Assembly (NCBI RefSeq): GCF_006345805.1
Contig: NC_042999.1
Coordinates: 4,712,001-4,776,000 of the forward strand
DNA: 64,000 bases
Source: Octopus sinensis
Lineage: Eukaryota
Direction of reading: 5' to 3'
Shown here: positions 51,169-60,955 of the stretch, in pieces
Layout: every line of letters begins with the position of its first letter
Numbering within the stretch: position 1 is the first letter of the stretch
The notes under the pieces: model-generated
Database searches by the model: none
Seen by the model: only the letters and a program-made list of their open reading frames with translations
What the model was told of the DNA's origin: nothing
Translations under genes and position numbers: made by a program

Positions 51169-54100
51169 AATTTTGAATTTAGTTTATGGACCCCCAGTAC
51201 TACCTTTGCGGACCACAAGTAGGGAACCACTGGTCTGGTTTATACCATTGACACCCCACCACCACCACAACCTCTCTGGTACTTTTTTTAAAATTGACCC
51301 TTGAAGCATGAAAGACAAAATTGAACTCACAACATAAAGAGCCAGAATGAATACAACAAAGTATTTAATCCATTAATCTAATAATTTTGATAATCCAGTA
51401 ATCAAAAGTTACAGCAAATGAATAAAAATCTGTTGGCATTTCAATGTGTTTAGTATTTAGATTTGTATATCTATATATATAAAAGTGAGGTTGTGTGCTG
51501 TCTGTCTCCTACGATTTAGATTCCTAACTACTCCCACATTTTGCGGTGCAGTTTAACCAAAACCGGGTATCTTATAGTCGTGATTCATATCGAGCCCTTC
51601 TGGGTATTAGCTTGAGTCTACGATTTTAAAAAAAATTTACCATCAATTTTTACCATTTTTAATGTATTTTTGGCATATATAAGGGAAGTAACTCTCTAAA
51701 AATTTATTATTAAATCTCAGAATGTAAAAAGCTACAGTAACACCCCCCCCTTTTATAGTTAGGTATTTTGAGATGGCTATTATACTTTACATCTCTAAAA
51801 ATGCTTATATAGTTATTTCCCTTACAAACCCGAGCAACGCCGGGCGATACTGCTAGTATTTTCTAAAATGATAAATATAATGTAAATATTTAGTCACCCA
51901 TGTTTTCATTCTATTTAGGTGCTCTCACTACAATGCCTGCTGTCCGAATGTTTTCGCTCTATGCTGGAATGGCTGTCTTCTGTGATTTCGCTCTACAGAT
52001 CACCTGCTTTATCAGTTTAATGGCATTAGATGCAAAGCGACAAAAAGTAAGTTGTTTTGGAGATTAAAAATTACTTGCGTTAACAGGAGGATCCACTGTA
52101 AAATTGGAGGTTTGATTTGGAGATGTCAATGGGAAATCTCTCTGCTGAATTGTCCCCAGCACCATTAGATGCAGGCATGGCTGTGTAATTAGAAGTTAAC
52201 TTCATGGTTCGTACTGGTGGCACGTAAAAAGCACCCACTACACTCTCGAAGTGGTTGGTGTTAGGAAGGGCATCCAGCAGTAGAAACTCTGCCAGATCAG
52301 ATTGGAGTCTGGTGCAGCCATCTGGTTTGCCAGTCCTCAGTCAAAATCGTCCAACCCATGCTAGCATGGAAAGCAGACGTTAAACAATGATGGTGATGAT
52401 GTTTCAGGTTCAGTCCCATGGATAGCACCTTGGGGAAGTGTCTTCTGCTGTAGACTTGGGCCAAGCAAAGCCTTGTAAGTGAATTTGCTAGATGGAAACT
52501 GAAACAAATATGTTATTCATTTCCATTCTTCTGTGAAACCAATTTCAGCTATGGAGAAATATCACCTTTACCATGTACCTCCTCTGCAGTAAAACAGCTA
52601 TATCTATCCCTTAAATCTCTCAACCGGCACAAAATTACACCCCCTCAATACAACTTCCCTACTCCTAGTTAAGGGATTTTTGTCTTGCAAGGTATTTGGT
52701 GACCCTTGTGGTGCTGGTGCCACATTAAAAGCACCCAGTCCACTCTGTAAAGTGGTTGGTGTTAGGAACGGCATTTAGCTGTAGAAATGGAACTTGCTTT
52801 GGATCCTGGCTTTGCTAGGTCCTGTCAAGATGACCAACTCGTGCCAGCATAGAAAATGGATGCTAAATGATGATGGTGACAACCTTGCATAGAATCAAGT
52901 GATGGTTGATGAGAGGAAAGATTTCTGGTAGTAGAAAATCTGCCTCAAAGAATTCTGTATGGCCCCATACAAACATGGAAAAGTGGCTGTTAAAACAATG
53001 ATTAAGGCAAAATTGCCCAGAATACCCTCACGAATTTATAACTACATGGTATTAAATAATAAATTGTCATCGTTTAATATCTGCTTTCTATGCTGGCATG
53101 GGTTGGACAGTCTGACTGAGAACTGGCAAGCCGGGGGGGGGGGGGGGTGCCAGGCTCCAAGCTGATTTGGCAAGGTTTCCTAAAGCCAACCACTCCAAGA
53201 GTATAGTTTGTGCTTTTACGTGCCACCTGCATGGGAGCCAGTCAGGCGGCACTGGCACCAACCATACTTGAATGGTGCTTTGTATGTGCCACCAGCACTG
53301 GCACCAGTCAGGTGGCACTAATGTAATATTGAATAAGATTTTAATGTTGCTGAAGATGTTCATTAAATGAAAATTTATTTCATCATCATTTAACTTCTAC
53401 TTCCCATGCTGGCTTGGGTTGGACAGTTTGACAGGAACTGGCACAGTCAGAAGACTGCACCAAGCTCTGCTGTCTGTTTTTGCATGGTTTCTATGATTGG
53501 ATGCCCTTCCTAATGCCAACCACTTTACAGAGTGTACTGGGTGCTTTTTACGTGTCACCAGCAGCGATGAGGTCTCCAAGTAACTTATAGGGCAAGACCC
53601 CTGAACTTGGAGGAGCAGTATTATTGAAGGAGAGAAAAAGGTGTATTACATTAGAAGAGAAACATGGTTAGTTCATATGGTGAGAGAGAGAAAAGGTGAT
53701 GACAAAGATGTGACAGGGAGGCAGGCAGTGGCCATGTACCCCTGTTACATAGTGAAGTGGACTGGAAAGAGGGAGTGGGTGGGTGGGTGAGTTCACAACA
53801 TTGCAAAAGGAGAGTGACATGAGCTTATCTTTAATTTTCTTTTCAGGCCAACAGATTGGATGTGCTTTGTTGTATAAAGCTGAAAATGAAGAATGTTCTC
53901 GGCACTGAAGAATGCTTATACTCATTGATAAAGAATTACTATGCTAGATTTATAATGAAGAACTATGTTCGGCCAATCATTGTGAGTATTCCTTTTTTTA
54001 AGTCACTGGTTGTCTTAAATGTCTATCAAGGTTTACATTGAGCTTTATTTTCTTCTTATTTAATCTTATGGGATATTAAAAGAAAGCATAGTTGAAATAA

Positions 54101-54807
54101 GCATCGGACATGTTCGGATGGTGCTGTTTACGTGCCACCGGCACGGGTATCACATCTATAATTTCCATTTATTTTGATGTTGATGTACTTGGCTCAATAG
54201 GTCTCCTCAAGCACAGCAGGTCGCCCTACGATCCAAGGTTGGCACAACAGGCCGTCCTGCGAGCCATGTCCTCAGCAGTCACGGCCCATGTTTCACTGCC
54301 ATGAAGCATGGCAGTTTGCACACATGCATCGTACAATCTACCTTTGACTCTGAGCAAGAGACCCTTTGTCGTCAGTAGGTGAAGAAGCTTTCTAAACTTT
54401 TCCCAGGCTATTCTTATTCTTGTAGTAAAACTCACTGAGCATCCACCTCCACTACTAACTTGGTCACTTCGGTAGCGGAAGCTATCAACTACTTCTAGTT
54501 TCTTCCCCTGGAGTGTGGTGGAATCTGATTTCTGAGTATCTGTGGTGTCTATTGCCGCACACGAAAGCTATCTTCTCAGTTAATTTTCCTTTGATGTATA
54601 TCCATGTTGATTCGCTAGCCTCTGCACGCATTTTTTCTCTCCTTATTTATTTCTGTGTTTCTTTTCTGTGTATCTTTCTGTTGAAGAGCGTAGGCTCGAA
54701 ACGTAAAAGACTTGTTTTATTTATATTCCTGAGCGCCATACTAATACAATTCTTTGTTTATATTCCACCTGCCTTCGTCTTTTGTTTATTTTCATAAAGC
54801 TTCCCGT

Positions 54808-54868
<61 letters not shown>

Positions 54869-54921
54869 GTTCAAAACTGTACAAAAAACAAAAGACAGAC
54901 ACTGGTGTGGGAACAATAAAT

Positions 54922-54981
<60 letters not shown>

Positions 54982-55103
54982 GTTTTTTCTGTGTCCCTTT
55001 CTGTACAAGAGCGTAGGCTCGAAACGTAAAAGACATTTTCTATTCCTGTATTGTACACCACCTGTCTTCGTCTTTTGTTGTTTTTTTTTGTAAACTCTCC
55101 CTT

Positions 55104-55136
<33 letters not shown>

Positions 55137-57713
55137 TATATATATACATACATATATATATATAGATATATGTATATATACATAGTCCAACTATCATAGA
55201 AATCATACTATCATAGAAAACATGTTGAATAATGATGATGTCTATTCTATTGCAGATGGTTGTGTTCTCTCTCTGGTTTTGCATTTCTGGTGCTCTGATG
55301 ATGCGTGTAGAAATTGGTTTAGACCAAAGTTTGTCGATGCCAAAGGTAAGGTTTATTTAATTATTTTTACATTTCATTGTCTTTTTTTCTTAAATGTGCA
55401 TCAGTAGAGCTCTTCTGATAAATCTGATTAATTCAAAACATTTGACAGAATAATCTGAATGCTAAAGGGTTAAGGTTGCTATTGCTCTGAGTTCGAATCA
55501 TGCTGTGATCAACTTTGCTTTTCGTTATTAAAGGGGTTGAGTAATAAAATTCCAATTGAGTACTGCAGGTGAGTTTAATTGACTAAAACCCTGCACCCTT
55601 TTCCTGCCAAGTTCCTTGTCTTGTACCTGTGCTGGAAATTATTATTATTATTACTAGCAGTATCGCCCGGCATTGCTCGGGTTTGTTTTGACCCTTTAGA
55701 ATTGGAATTTTTGAAAAGTAAAAATTTTGCATTATGTGGCTTGTTATTCTGGTTGAAATACACCAAAAAATGGCAACACAGCAGTCAAAAATAGGAAAAC
55801 TAGCATCTTTTTGATGTAAATAATGTTTGGTGTTAACATGGTCCGATTTGAGCAAGCCTTCTTCTATCATACTCTCAATTTTGGTCAACTTTGCGCTGCA
55901 GGGTCTTGGAGGAGATAGTGTTAGTTGAAGGCTACCAAACCTGCCATACACACACAGAGACAACTTCAGCTTTATGTATATAGATTATTATTATTGAGAA
56001 GGCAATGAGCTGCCAGAATCATTAGAGCAGTGGGAGAAAAATCATTTCAGCATTTGTTCTGATTTTTAACTTTCTGAGTTCAAATGCTGCCAAAGTCAAT
56101 TTTGCTTTTCATCTTTCCAAATTAGATAAAGTACCAGTCACATACTGGTGTTGCTGGCATCAACAACTATTTCACCCTTCTAAATTGCTAGCCTTGTACC
56201 CAATTCAGAAATAATTGTTATTATTATGAAGAATGTTAAAAATGGTAGAATGTCTTGTATGTAGTCACAAGTTCAAATCCAGCTACATCATACTTTTTTT
56301 AATCCATCCAGGGACTGATAAAAATATAAAACAAAAGCACCAATCAAGTTTTGGTCTTGATTAAACTGTCTAAATTACCCGCCCCACCAATTTTTGATCT
56401 TGAGTCAAAGATGGAAGTTTTTCATGTTAGTGCCCCCGTTTCTGTTTAAGAAACTTAAATATTGGCATTTGGATTCCTAAATTCTTTTACACTTACTTTA
56501 TCTGGTACTTAATGTAGAACTTGGAAACCTTTGAGAAAGGCATGAAATCCTCAACTTCTGTTTTGTGTTAAACACATGCTGAAAAAGTAATTCTGTTTTA
56601 TTCATCCTCTCAGGGTCAACACAATAAGTACCAGTTGACTATTGTTATCGAATAGCCCCTTCCACACAGAATTTCAGGCTTTGTGCCTATTGTAGAATTA
56701 TTATTATTATTATCATTATTATTGTTAAAGCGGCAAGCTGGGAGAATCGTTAGCACGCCAGGTGAAATGGTTAGTGATATTTCGCCCATTGCTACATTCT
56801 AGGTTCAAATTCCGCCGAGGTTGACTTTGCCTTTCATCCTTTCAGGGTCGATGAATTAAGTGCCATTGAAATTCTGGGGATCAATGTAATTGACTAGTTG
56901 CCCTCTCCCCCAAAACTTCAGGCGTTGAGCCTATAATAGAAAGAATTATTATTATTATTATTATGGCAATGAGCTGGCAGAATCATTATGAGGCTGGGCA
57001 AAATGCTTAGAGGTATTTGTTTGTGTTCACATTCTGAGTTGAAATTCTGCCAAGGTTGACTTTGCCTTTCATCCTTTTGAGGTCAATAAATTAAGTACCA
57101 GTGAAACACTGGGTTCGATATAATCGACTCGTCCCCTCCCTACAAAATATGGCTACCCTTGTGGCAAAATTTGAAGCCATTATTATTGTTGTTGTTGTTA
57201 TTATTAAGTCGCTGAGCTGGCAGAATTGTTAGCAACACTGGGCAAAATGCTTAGTGGCATTTCATCTGGACTTAGATTCTGAGTTCAAATTCCACTTGGC
57301 TTTTGATCCTTTCATGGTTGAGTAATGGGGGTTTAAACTATCAAAACTCTGCAGTGCCCCCCCCCCCCCCTCATTATCTAGATGTGTTCAACAAAATTTG
57401 TTTTCTTTTTTTCTAATTTTCAGGATTCCTATGTTCTGCAATATTTCCATAACCTGTCCGAATACCTGTCGATAGGACCCCCTGTTTATTTTGTTGTGCA
57501 AAACGAGGTGGATTATTCGTTGATAGAAAACCAAAACAAATTCTGTGGCGTTACAGGTTGCAACTCAGATTCTTTGGAAGGACAAGTTTTTGTAGCTTCC
57601 ATGCAGCAAAATTAGTAAGTAATTTTTGAATGCATTAATTATTTAATGTGGTTTGTCTCTAATATCAAGGAAATGGAATGTTCCACATGTTGAACTGTTA
57701 AAAATCATCACCA

Positions 57714-57756
<43 letters not shown>

Positions 57757-60700
57757 GAGTGAGAGAGCAGTGCGTGCCATCAAAGTGACACTGGGGTAAA
57801 ATATACAAAGCCCAGTATACCCATCATGACTACCCGTCTGATAAGGGTACACTAGGCACATGCATCACAACCATATGTGCGCAACATGGTGATCTCATAT
57901 CAAGTTAAACAGCACATGACCTTGCAGGTGGGGCCCAGTTAGAATTTTCTTCTGGTCAAGTAACCCATTCCGCTCAAAAGGTCCCTGAATAAGGATTGTT
58001 TAAGGATGTTGAACGAACCACCCCTGTTTCCAAAGGTGAATTATCCAAACCCCAAACAATCCCTCTCAACACATGGCTATGATGCTCCCCACTACTTCTG
58101 CTCATGATCAGAGATGCAAATATCGTCAGCCACTAAGGGACATGCTCAATTGGTTAAAATCAAGCAACTGACAAGCGAATCTGTGGTATTGAGCAGAATA
58201 TTTGCTGTAGCCCATCTTTTATACCACTATTATTATTATTTTAGTGTTTTCCATGCTGGCATGGGTTGGACAGTTTGACAAGAGCTAGCCTGCTAGAGAG
58301 TTATACCTGGCTCCATTTAGCAGTTCTGGCCTGGTGTCAATGGCTGGATGTCCTTCCTAATGCCAACCACTCTACAGAATGTACTCAGTGCCTATTATGT
58401 AGCACCACCGAAAATTATTATGGCCTGACACATTGGGTTTGAATATATTTTTGATGCATCTTTATTTATTTTTATTTGTCTCTTCATTTATTTCATTTAT
58501 TTGGCCCCATTATTCCACAAGCAGCATAGGGCCTGTGCTTGCCGGTTTTTCTGGCATATATCCTCCTCCCTGGATGGGATGCTGGTCCATTACTTGGACG
58601 ACCTATTTTTGCCAGCTGAGTGGACCGGAACAACATGAAATGAAATGTTTCGCTTAAGAACACAACGCATTTCGCAGTCCAAGAATCGAAACCACAATCT
58701 TATGATCCTGTGTCCAACACCCTAACCACTAAGCCACGTGCCTCCAATATTTATTTGTGCGCCTATGTCTGAAATCTTTATTTCTCATTTTCTGAATTAC
58801 TTTTTTTTTTGAAAGCACTCGAATTGCCAAGTCTTCGTCCTCTTGGCTTGATGATTATTTTGACTGGATCAACCCAGATACCCAGAATCCATGTTGCCGT
58901 TACTATAAATCCACTGGAAAGTTCTGTGATTCTGATGGTAATTTGTTTTGCTTTCATCTCTCTCTCTCTCTCTTTTTTTTTTTTCATTGTAAAATATCAT
59001 ATGGAAATTGTAGTTGTGATACCTGTGCCGATGGCACGTAAAAAGCACCATCCGAACGTAGCCGATGCCAGCACCACCTTGACTGGCTTCCGTGATGATG
59101 GCACGTAAAAAGCACCGACCGATTGTGGAAGGGCATCCAGCTGTAGAAACACTGCCAGATCAGACTGGAGCCTGGTGCGGCCTCCTGGCTTCCAAGACCC
59201 CGGTCGAACCATCCAACCCATGCTAGCATGGAAAATGGACGTTAAACGATGATGATGATGGTGTTTGCAGCTGATTTTCATTAGAGAGTAAGAAGCTCAT
59301 TTTGCTTCTTAACTCCTTTGGTTTTAGTTTCAATCCCACTGCACAACACCTTGGCCAAGCATCTTCTACTCTGGTCACTGTCCAACCAATACCTTGTTAG
59401 TGGATTTGGTAAATGGAAATTGTGTGGAAGCCCATCATGCGTGCGTGTGTGTGTGTGTGTCTTTGTGCCAGTGTTTATGTTTGTCCTCCCCATATCACAA
59501 CCTCCATCTGACAAGCAGTGTGGGTTTGTTTATATCCCTGTGACTTAGCAGTTCTGCAAAAGAAACTAATAGAATGAGTGCCAGACTTAAAAATAAGTAT
59601 TAGAGTGGGGGTGAGGGGTCAGTCTGTTCAAATAAAACGCTTGAAGGTGATGCCCCAGCATGGCCACAGTCCAATGGCTGAAACAAGTAAAAGACCTAAT
59701 CAGGAAGGAAATGTTGTGTCCATGATGTTTGTGTCTCTGACCATGGCTACTGAAATCAAGGCAGTTCTGTTCTTCTCTTTAAAGCAGCATTCTGAGTTCA
59801 AATTCTGCCAAGGTCGACTTTGCCTTTCATCCTTTCGGAGTTGATAAAATAATTACCAGTTGAACATTGGGGTTTATCGACTTACCCTACCCTTAAAATT
59901 TCTGGCTTTGTACCAAAATTTGAAACCAATATCTGCTATTCTACGTCTGCCAGAGAAACAGAAGGTTGACATCTTTCACCCTTTTGATACCAACCTGGCT
60001 GAAACTGGTTCTGGCTCTGTAGTACAAATGTCTTGTTTTCATAAGTTTGGGATTAAAATCTTCTACCAAACCTTAGTCACAAATTATGTTCCTAATACTA
60101 GCTTAATGATAACTAAGTTATTTTACTAAATTCTTTGTTATATTTCAAATTAATTCAAAGAAACACAGAGCATCTCAATAGAATATGGTAACCATGATAT
60201 TTTTAACCCTTTTGACACCAACCCATGCCGGCATGGACAACAGATGTTAACCCTTTTGATACCAACCCAGCTAAAACCACCTCTGGCTCTGTAGTACAAA
60301 TGTCTTGTTTTCATAAATTTTGAATTAAAATCTTCCACAAAACCTTAGTCACAATTTATGTTCTTAACACTAGCTTAATGATAACGAACTTATTTTACTA
60401 AATTCTTTGTTATATTTCAAATTAATTGAAAGAAACAACGAACATCTCAACAGAAATATGGTACTGAAAAGGTTAAAGGAAGGTTTGTGAATAATGGCTG
60501 GTGCAGTGTCGTTCGTTTCCATGGATACAAGTGTGGGTTGGTGATAGGAAAGGCATCCCATCTATGTGAGTGGGAATTAATGTGGATGTTAAGACTCTGT
60601 GTGTGTTGACAACCAGTGTTGGTTTGTTTACATCCATATAACTTAGCTGTTTGGCAAAAGAGACCAATAGAATAAGTACCAGATTTTAAAAAATGTACTG

Positions 60701-60955
60701 GGGTCGATTTGTTTGATTAAAGCCATTGAGGCAGTGCTCCAGCATAGCCACGGACCAATGGCTGAAACAAAAGATAACAGACGCTTCCGATATTGTTCCA
60801 TTCATTTCCCCTCAACCATTTCTGTTTACAGTTGTTAATCCTGATTGTGTTCCGTGTAAAGTGAAAATGGAAGGCAATCGACCAAGTCCGGAAGATTTCA
60901 AGAAATATTTACCATGGTTTTTGGATGCTATACCCAGTGTGCAGTGTTCCAAAGG
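20871..60955 (+). CDS. NPC1: NPC1 / Niemann-Pick type C1 intracellular cholesterol transporter, multi-exon, partial (first coding exon not located; 3' exons beyond window)
   Basis: 15 exons with AG/GT boundaries and compatible phases join into a stop-free 2993-nt frame. Hallmark motifs: CVWYGVC, CCxx[105 protein letters not shown]. Confidence 0.97.
22162..22465 (+). mobile_element. tRNA-derived SINE family C, young-looking CpG-rich copy inserted in (TA)n; decayed relatives at ~12820-13090, 45570-45800, 58520-58760(-)
   Basis: A box tggcctagtgg, B box ggtttcgattcc, tRNA-like head, (TA)n immediately on both sides. Confidence 0.85.
23458..23930 (+). mobile_element. 5'-truncated RTE copy (ORF end, 3' UTR, (GAT)n tail) flanked by a ~97-bp direct repeat
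   Basis: gaccgagacctttggaaatatgctgtgcgtgagaagacc matches 33683-33721; flanks 23360-23456 and 23929-24025 are duplicated. Confidence 0.9.
24370..24550. repeat. Compound (CT)n/(CTAT)n microsatellite
   Basis: Directly visible. Confidence 0.95.
25651..25885 (-). mobile_element. SINE family B monomer inserted into an RTE tail, 16-bp TSD agttttcaatcaaacc (25635-25650 and 25886-25901)
   Basis: Exact 16-bp direct repeat flanks a complete head-body-tail unit. Confidence 0.85.
29655..30654 (+). CDS. NPC1: NPC1 exon, 1000 nt: rest of NTD, Pro-rich linker, TM1, start of middle luminal domain
   Basis: ttcag|GTCCG acceptor, TTCGG|gtaagt donor; phase 1 in, phase 2 out; lies within ORF 29606..30658. Confidence 0.96.
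31141..34499 (+). mobile_element. RTE-clade LINE, 5'-truncated within the AP endonuclease; uninterrupted ORF to 33733, ~770-nt 3' UTR and (GAT)n tail; inside an NPC1 intron
   Basis: APE C-terminal motifs ([16 protein letters not shown]...SQIDYIL), RT motifs ([31 protein letters not shown]), RTE C-terminus ([11 protein letters not shown]...GRGRPRKTW); ends ccaacccatgctagcatggaaagcggacgttaaac(gat)n; 5' end abuts (TA)n. Confidence 0.95.
33925..34325 (+). repeat. 63-bp tandem repeat (5 good units plus a degenerate one) in the RTE 3' UTR
   Basis: tccgagc recurs at 34017, 34081, 34144, 34207, 34270 (spacing 64, 63, 63, 63). Confidence 0.95.
36202..36334 (+). CDS. NPC1: NPC1 exon ([11 protein letters not shown]...DKDFMHQ)
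   Basis: ttttgaag|ACCTTTC acceptor, CATCAG|gttgga donor; 133 nt; too short for the ORF track. Confidence 0.93.
36386..36780 (+). mobile_element. tRNA-derived SINE family A, well-preserved copy; roughly 20 more copies (e.g. 4415-4790, 6516-6923(-), 7525-7920, 26785-27315, 29125-29540(-), 50940-51130(-))
   Basis: Head ggcgtaggagtggctgtgtggtaag (A-box-like) ... ggttccgggttcagtcc (B-box-like), central (TA)/(TG) microsatellite, tail ccagcatggcc.cagtcaaatgactgaaacaagtaaaagag. Confidence 0.88.
37115..37341 (+). CDS. NPC1: NPC1 exon (VLDLQNAI...[11 protein letters not shown])
   Basis: tttcag|GTTCTT acceptor, GCTAT|gtatgt donor; 227 nt. Confidence 0.95.
38440..38727 (-). mobile_element. 3' end of an R4/Dong-like (restriction-like endonuclease) LINE
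   Basis: Minus strand translates [20 protein letters not shown]...[20 protein letters not shown]; bounded by (ATT)n. Confidence 0.75.
38790..39190 (-). mobile_element. 3' end of a second R4/Dong-like LINE family
   Basis: End of ORF 39003..39539(-): [23 protein letters not shown]...[19 protein letters not shown]; different 3' UTR; bounded by ATT/TAA repeats. Confidence 0.75.
39977..40074 (+). CDS. NPC1: NPC1 exon ([33 protein letters not shown])
   Basis: ttatag|GAACCC acceptor, ACAA|gtatgt donor; 98 nt. Confidence 0.93.
42102..42526. mobile_element. Possible hAT-like MITE with duplicated ~97-bp left end
   Basis: cagg(a/g)ccagctc starts at ~42102 and ~42254 with near-identical following sequence; the opposite end cctagggccagtcctg is inverted-repeat-like; no clean TSD. 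Confidence 0.35.
43074..43620 (-). mobile_element. Probable Tx1/L1-like LINE 3' end (ORF2 C-terminus, 3' UTR, AATAAA)
   Basis: Minus-strand peptide [29 protein letters not shown]...[14 protein letters not shown] resembles L1/Tx1 ORF2 C-termini (from memory); ends ttggttaataaagaaat; tail shared with SINE family B. Confidence 0.5.
44691..44851 (+). CDS. NPC1: NPC1 exon ([14 protein letters not shown]...AWEKKYIDF...SFSAE)
   Basis: ctgcag|ATAAT acceptor, GCAGAG|gtaatt donor; 161 nt. Confidence 0.94.
45920..46048 (+). CDS. NPC1: NPC1 exon ([15 protein letters not shown]...[14 protein letters not shown]...TVF), TM2, start of sterol-sensing domain
   Basis: ttcgcag|CGTTCC acceptor, GTCTTT|gtgagt donor; 129 nt. 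Confidence 0.95.
46762..46998 (+). mobile_element. SINE family B monomer with 13-bp TSD (tatactaagtttg, 46749-46761 and 46999-47011); roughly 20 further copies or fragments in the window
   Basis: Head aaggcagtgagttggcagaatcgttagc, B-box-like gttctgagttcaaattcc, central gcctttcatcctttcggggtcgataaa.taagtaccag (resembles the Meta-type SINE central domain; from memory, unverified), tail ...ccccttgtgggtagtaaaagaaa. Confidence 0.88.
47026..47208 (+). CDS. NPC1: NPC1 exon (VDSKITLG...[23 protein letters not shown]), sterol-sensing domain
   Basis: ttttcag|GTTGAT acceptor, TTACAG|gtaagt donor; 183 nt. Confidence 0.96.
47358..47614. repeat. Long inverted repeat: ~112-bp arms (47358-47470, 47504-47614), 33-nt loop
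   Basis: Arms are reverse complements with 3 substitutions and one 2-nt indel by eye. Confidence 0.93.
47810..47860 (+). ncRNA. Putative minimal type I hammerhead ribozyme motif with G3:C8 core
   Basis: Stem I UUUGUCA/UGACAAA, core GUGAACA, stem II GUCGC/GCGCC, GAA, palindromic AAUAUU, U17. Confidence 0.5.
48953..49067 (+). CDS. NPC1: NPC1 exon (RDVGDPDE...[18 protein letters not shown])
   Basis: ccttttag|CGTGAT acceptor, TTAG|gtaagt donor; 115 nt. Confidence 0.95.
49938..50315. repeat. Nested inverted repeats: ~127-bp outer arms plus a perfect 31-bp-arm palindrome (50124-50186)
   Basis: 49938-50064 vs 50189-50315 show about 3 mismatches; the inner arms are exact around t50155. Confidence 0.93.
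50381..50932 (+). mobile_element. 3' fragment of a BovB-type RTE LINE with three C2H2-like zinc fingers; decayed (stop codons)
   Basis: [10 protein letters not shown]...[20 protein letters not shown], then [34 protein letters not shown] and CQFCTSHF; (TA)n on both sides. Confidence 0.8.
51470..51856 (+). mobile_element. Non-autonomous Helitron
   Basis: A|TC start (51470), CTAG|T end (51853-51856), hairpin cccgagcaacgccggg (51829-51844) 8 nt before CTAG, no TSD. Confidence 0.85.
51919..52046 (+). CDS. NPC1: NPC1 exon ([17 protein letters not shown]...LDAKRQK)
   Basis: ctatttag|GTGCT acceptor, CAAAAA|gtaagt donor; 128 nt. Confidence 0.95.
53847..53981 (+). CDS. NPC1: NPC1 exon (ANRLDVLCC...NYVRPII)
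   Basis: ttttcag|GCCAAC acceptor, ATCATT|gtgagt donor; 135 nt. Confidence 0.94.
54101..54590 (-). mobile_element. Internally deleted fragment of the same RTE family (RT C-terminal piece joined to 3' UTR)
   Basis: Minus-strand [55 protein letters not shown] matches the corresponding part of ORF 31097..33733. Confidence 0.88.
54620..55102 (+). mobile_element. Two Penelope-like terminal repeat copies separated by (TA)n and a short inverted fragment; minus-strand fragment at ~26963-27056
   Basis: Shared gagcgtaggctcgaaacgtaaaagac...cacctg.cttcgtcttttgtt ends running into (TA)n. Confidence 0.55.
54673..54710 (+). ncRNA. Putative minimal type I hammerhead ribozyme motif (A6 replaced by U)
   Basis: Stem I UCUUU/AAAGA, core CUGUUGA+A, stem II GAGC-GUAG-GCUC, GAA, palindromic ACGU, A17. 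Confidence 0.45.
55256..55345 (+). CDS. NPC1: NPC1 exon ([30 protein letters not shown])
   Basis: ttgcag|ATGGTT acceptor, CCAAAG|gtaagg donor; 90 nt. Confidence 0.94.
55654..55984 (-). mobile_element. Non-autonomous Helitron, second internal type; longer sibling at 61132-61522(-)
   Basis: On the minus strand starts A|TC and ends with the same cccgagcaa.gccggg hairpin plus gatactgCTAG|T; interior differs from 51470-51856. Confidence 0.8.
57424..57614 (+). CDS. NPC1: NPC1 exon (DSYVLQYF...GPPVYFVV...[11 protein letters not shown]...QQN/Y)
   Basis: tttcag|GATTCC acceptor, AATTA|gtaagt donor; 191 nt. Confidence 0.95.
57757..58227 (-). mobile_element. Unclassified ~460-bp retroelement-like repeat associated with (ATT)n; second copy at 37973-38425
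   Basis: Two highly similar copies (gagagagcagtgc...gagcagaatatttgctgtagc), each bounded by ATT repeats; no coding signal recognised. Confidence 0.7.
58816..58937 (+). CDS. NPC1: NPC1 exon ([21 protein letters not shown]...CCR...FCDSD/V)
   Basis: tttgaaag|CACTCG acceptor, GATG|gtaatt donor; 122 nt; its frame is not shown in the ORF track. Confidence 0.94.
60832..60955 (+). CDS. NPC1: NPC1 exon (V/VNPDCVPC...[20 protein letters not shown]); last exon found in window
   Basis: tttacag|TTGTT acceptor, AAAGG|gtgagt donor; 124 nt. Confidence 0.95.

Larger units (their letters stand above)
49796..51232. mobile_element. hAT-Charlie-type MITE expanded by nested insertions into its internal (TA)n
   Basis: TIRs cagtggttcccaac / gtagggaaccactg; flanks gtctgtac / gtctggtt. 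Confidence 0.7.
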
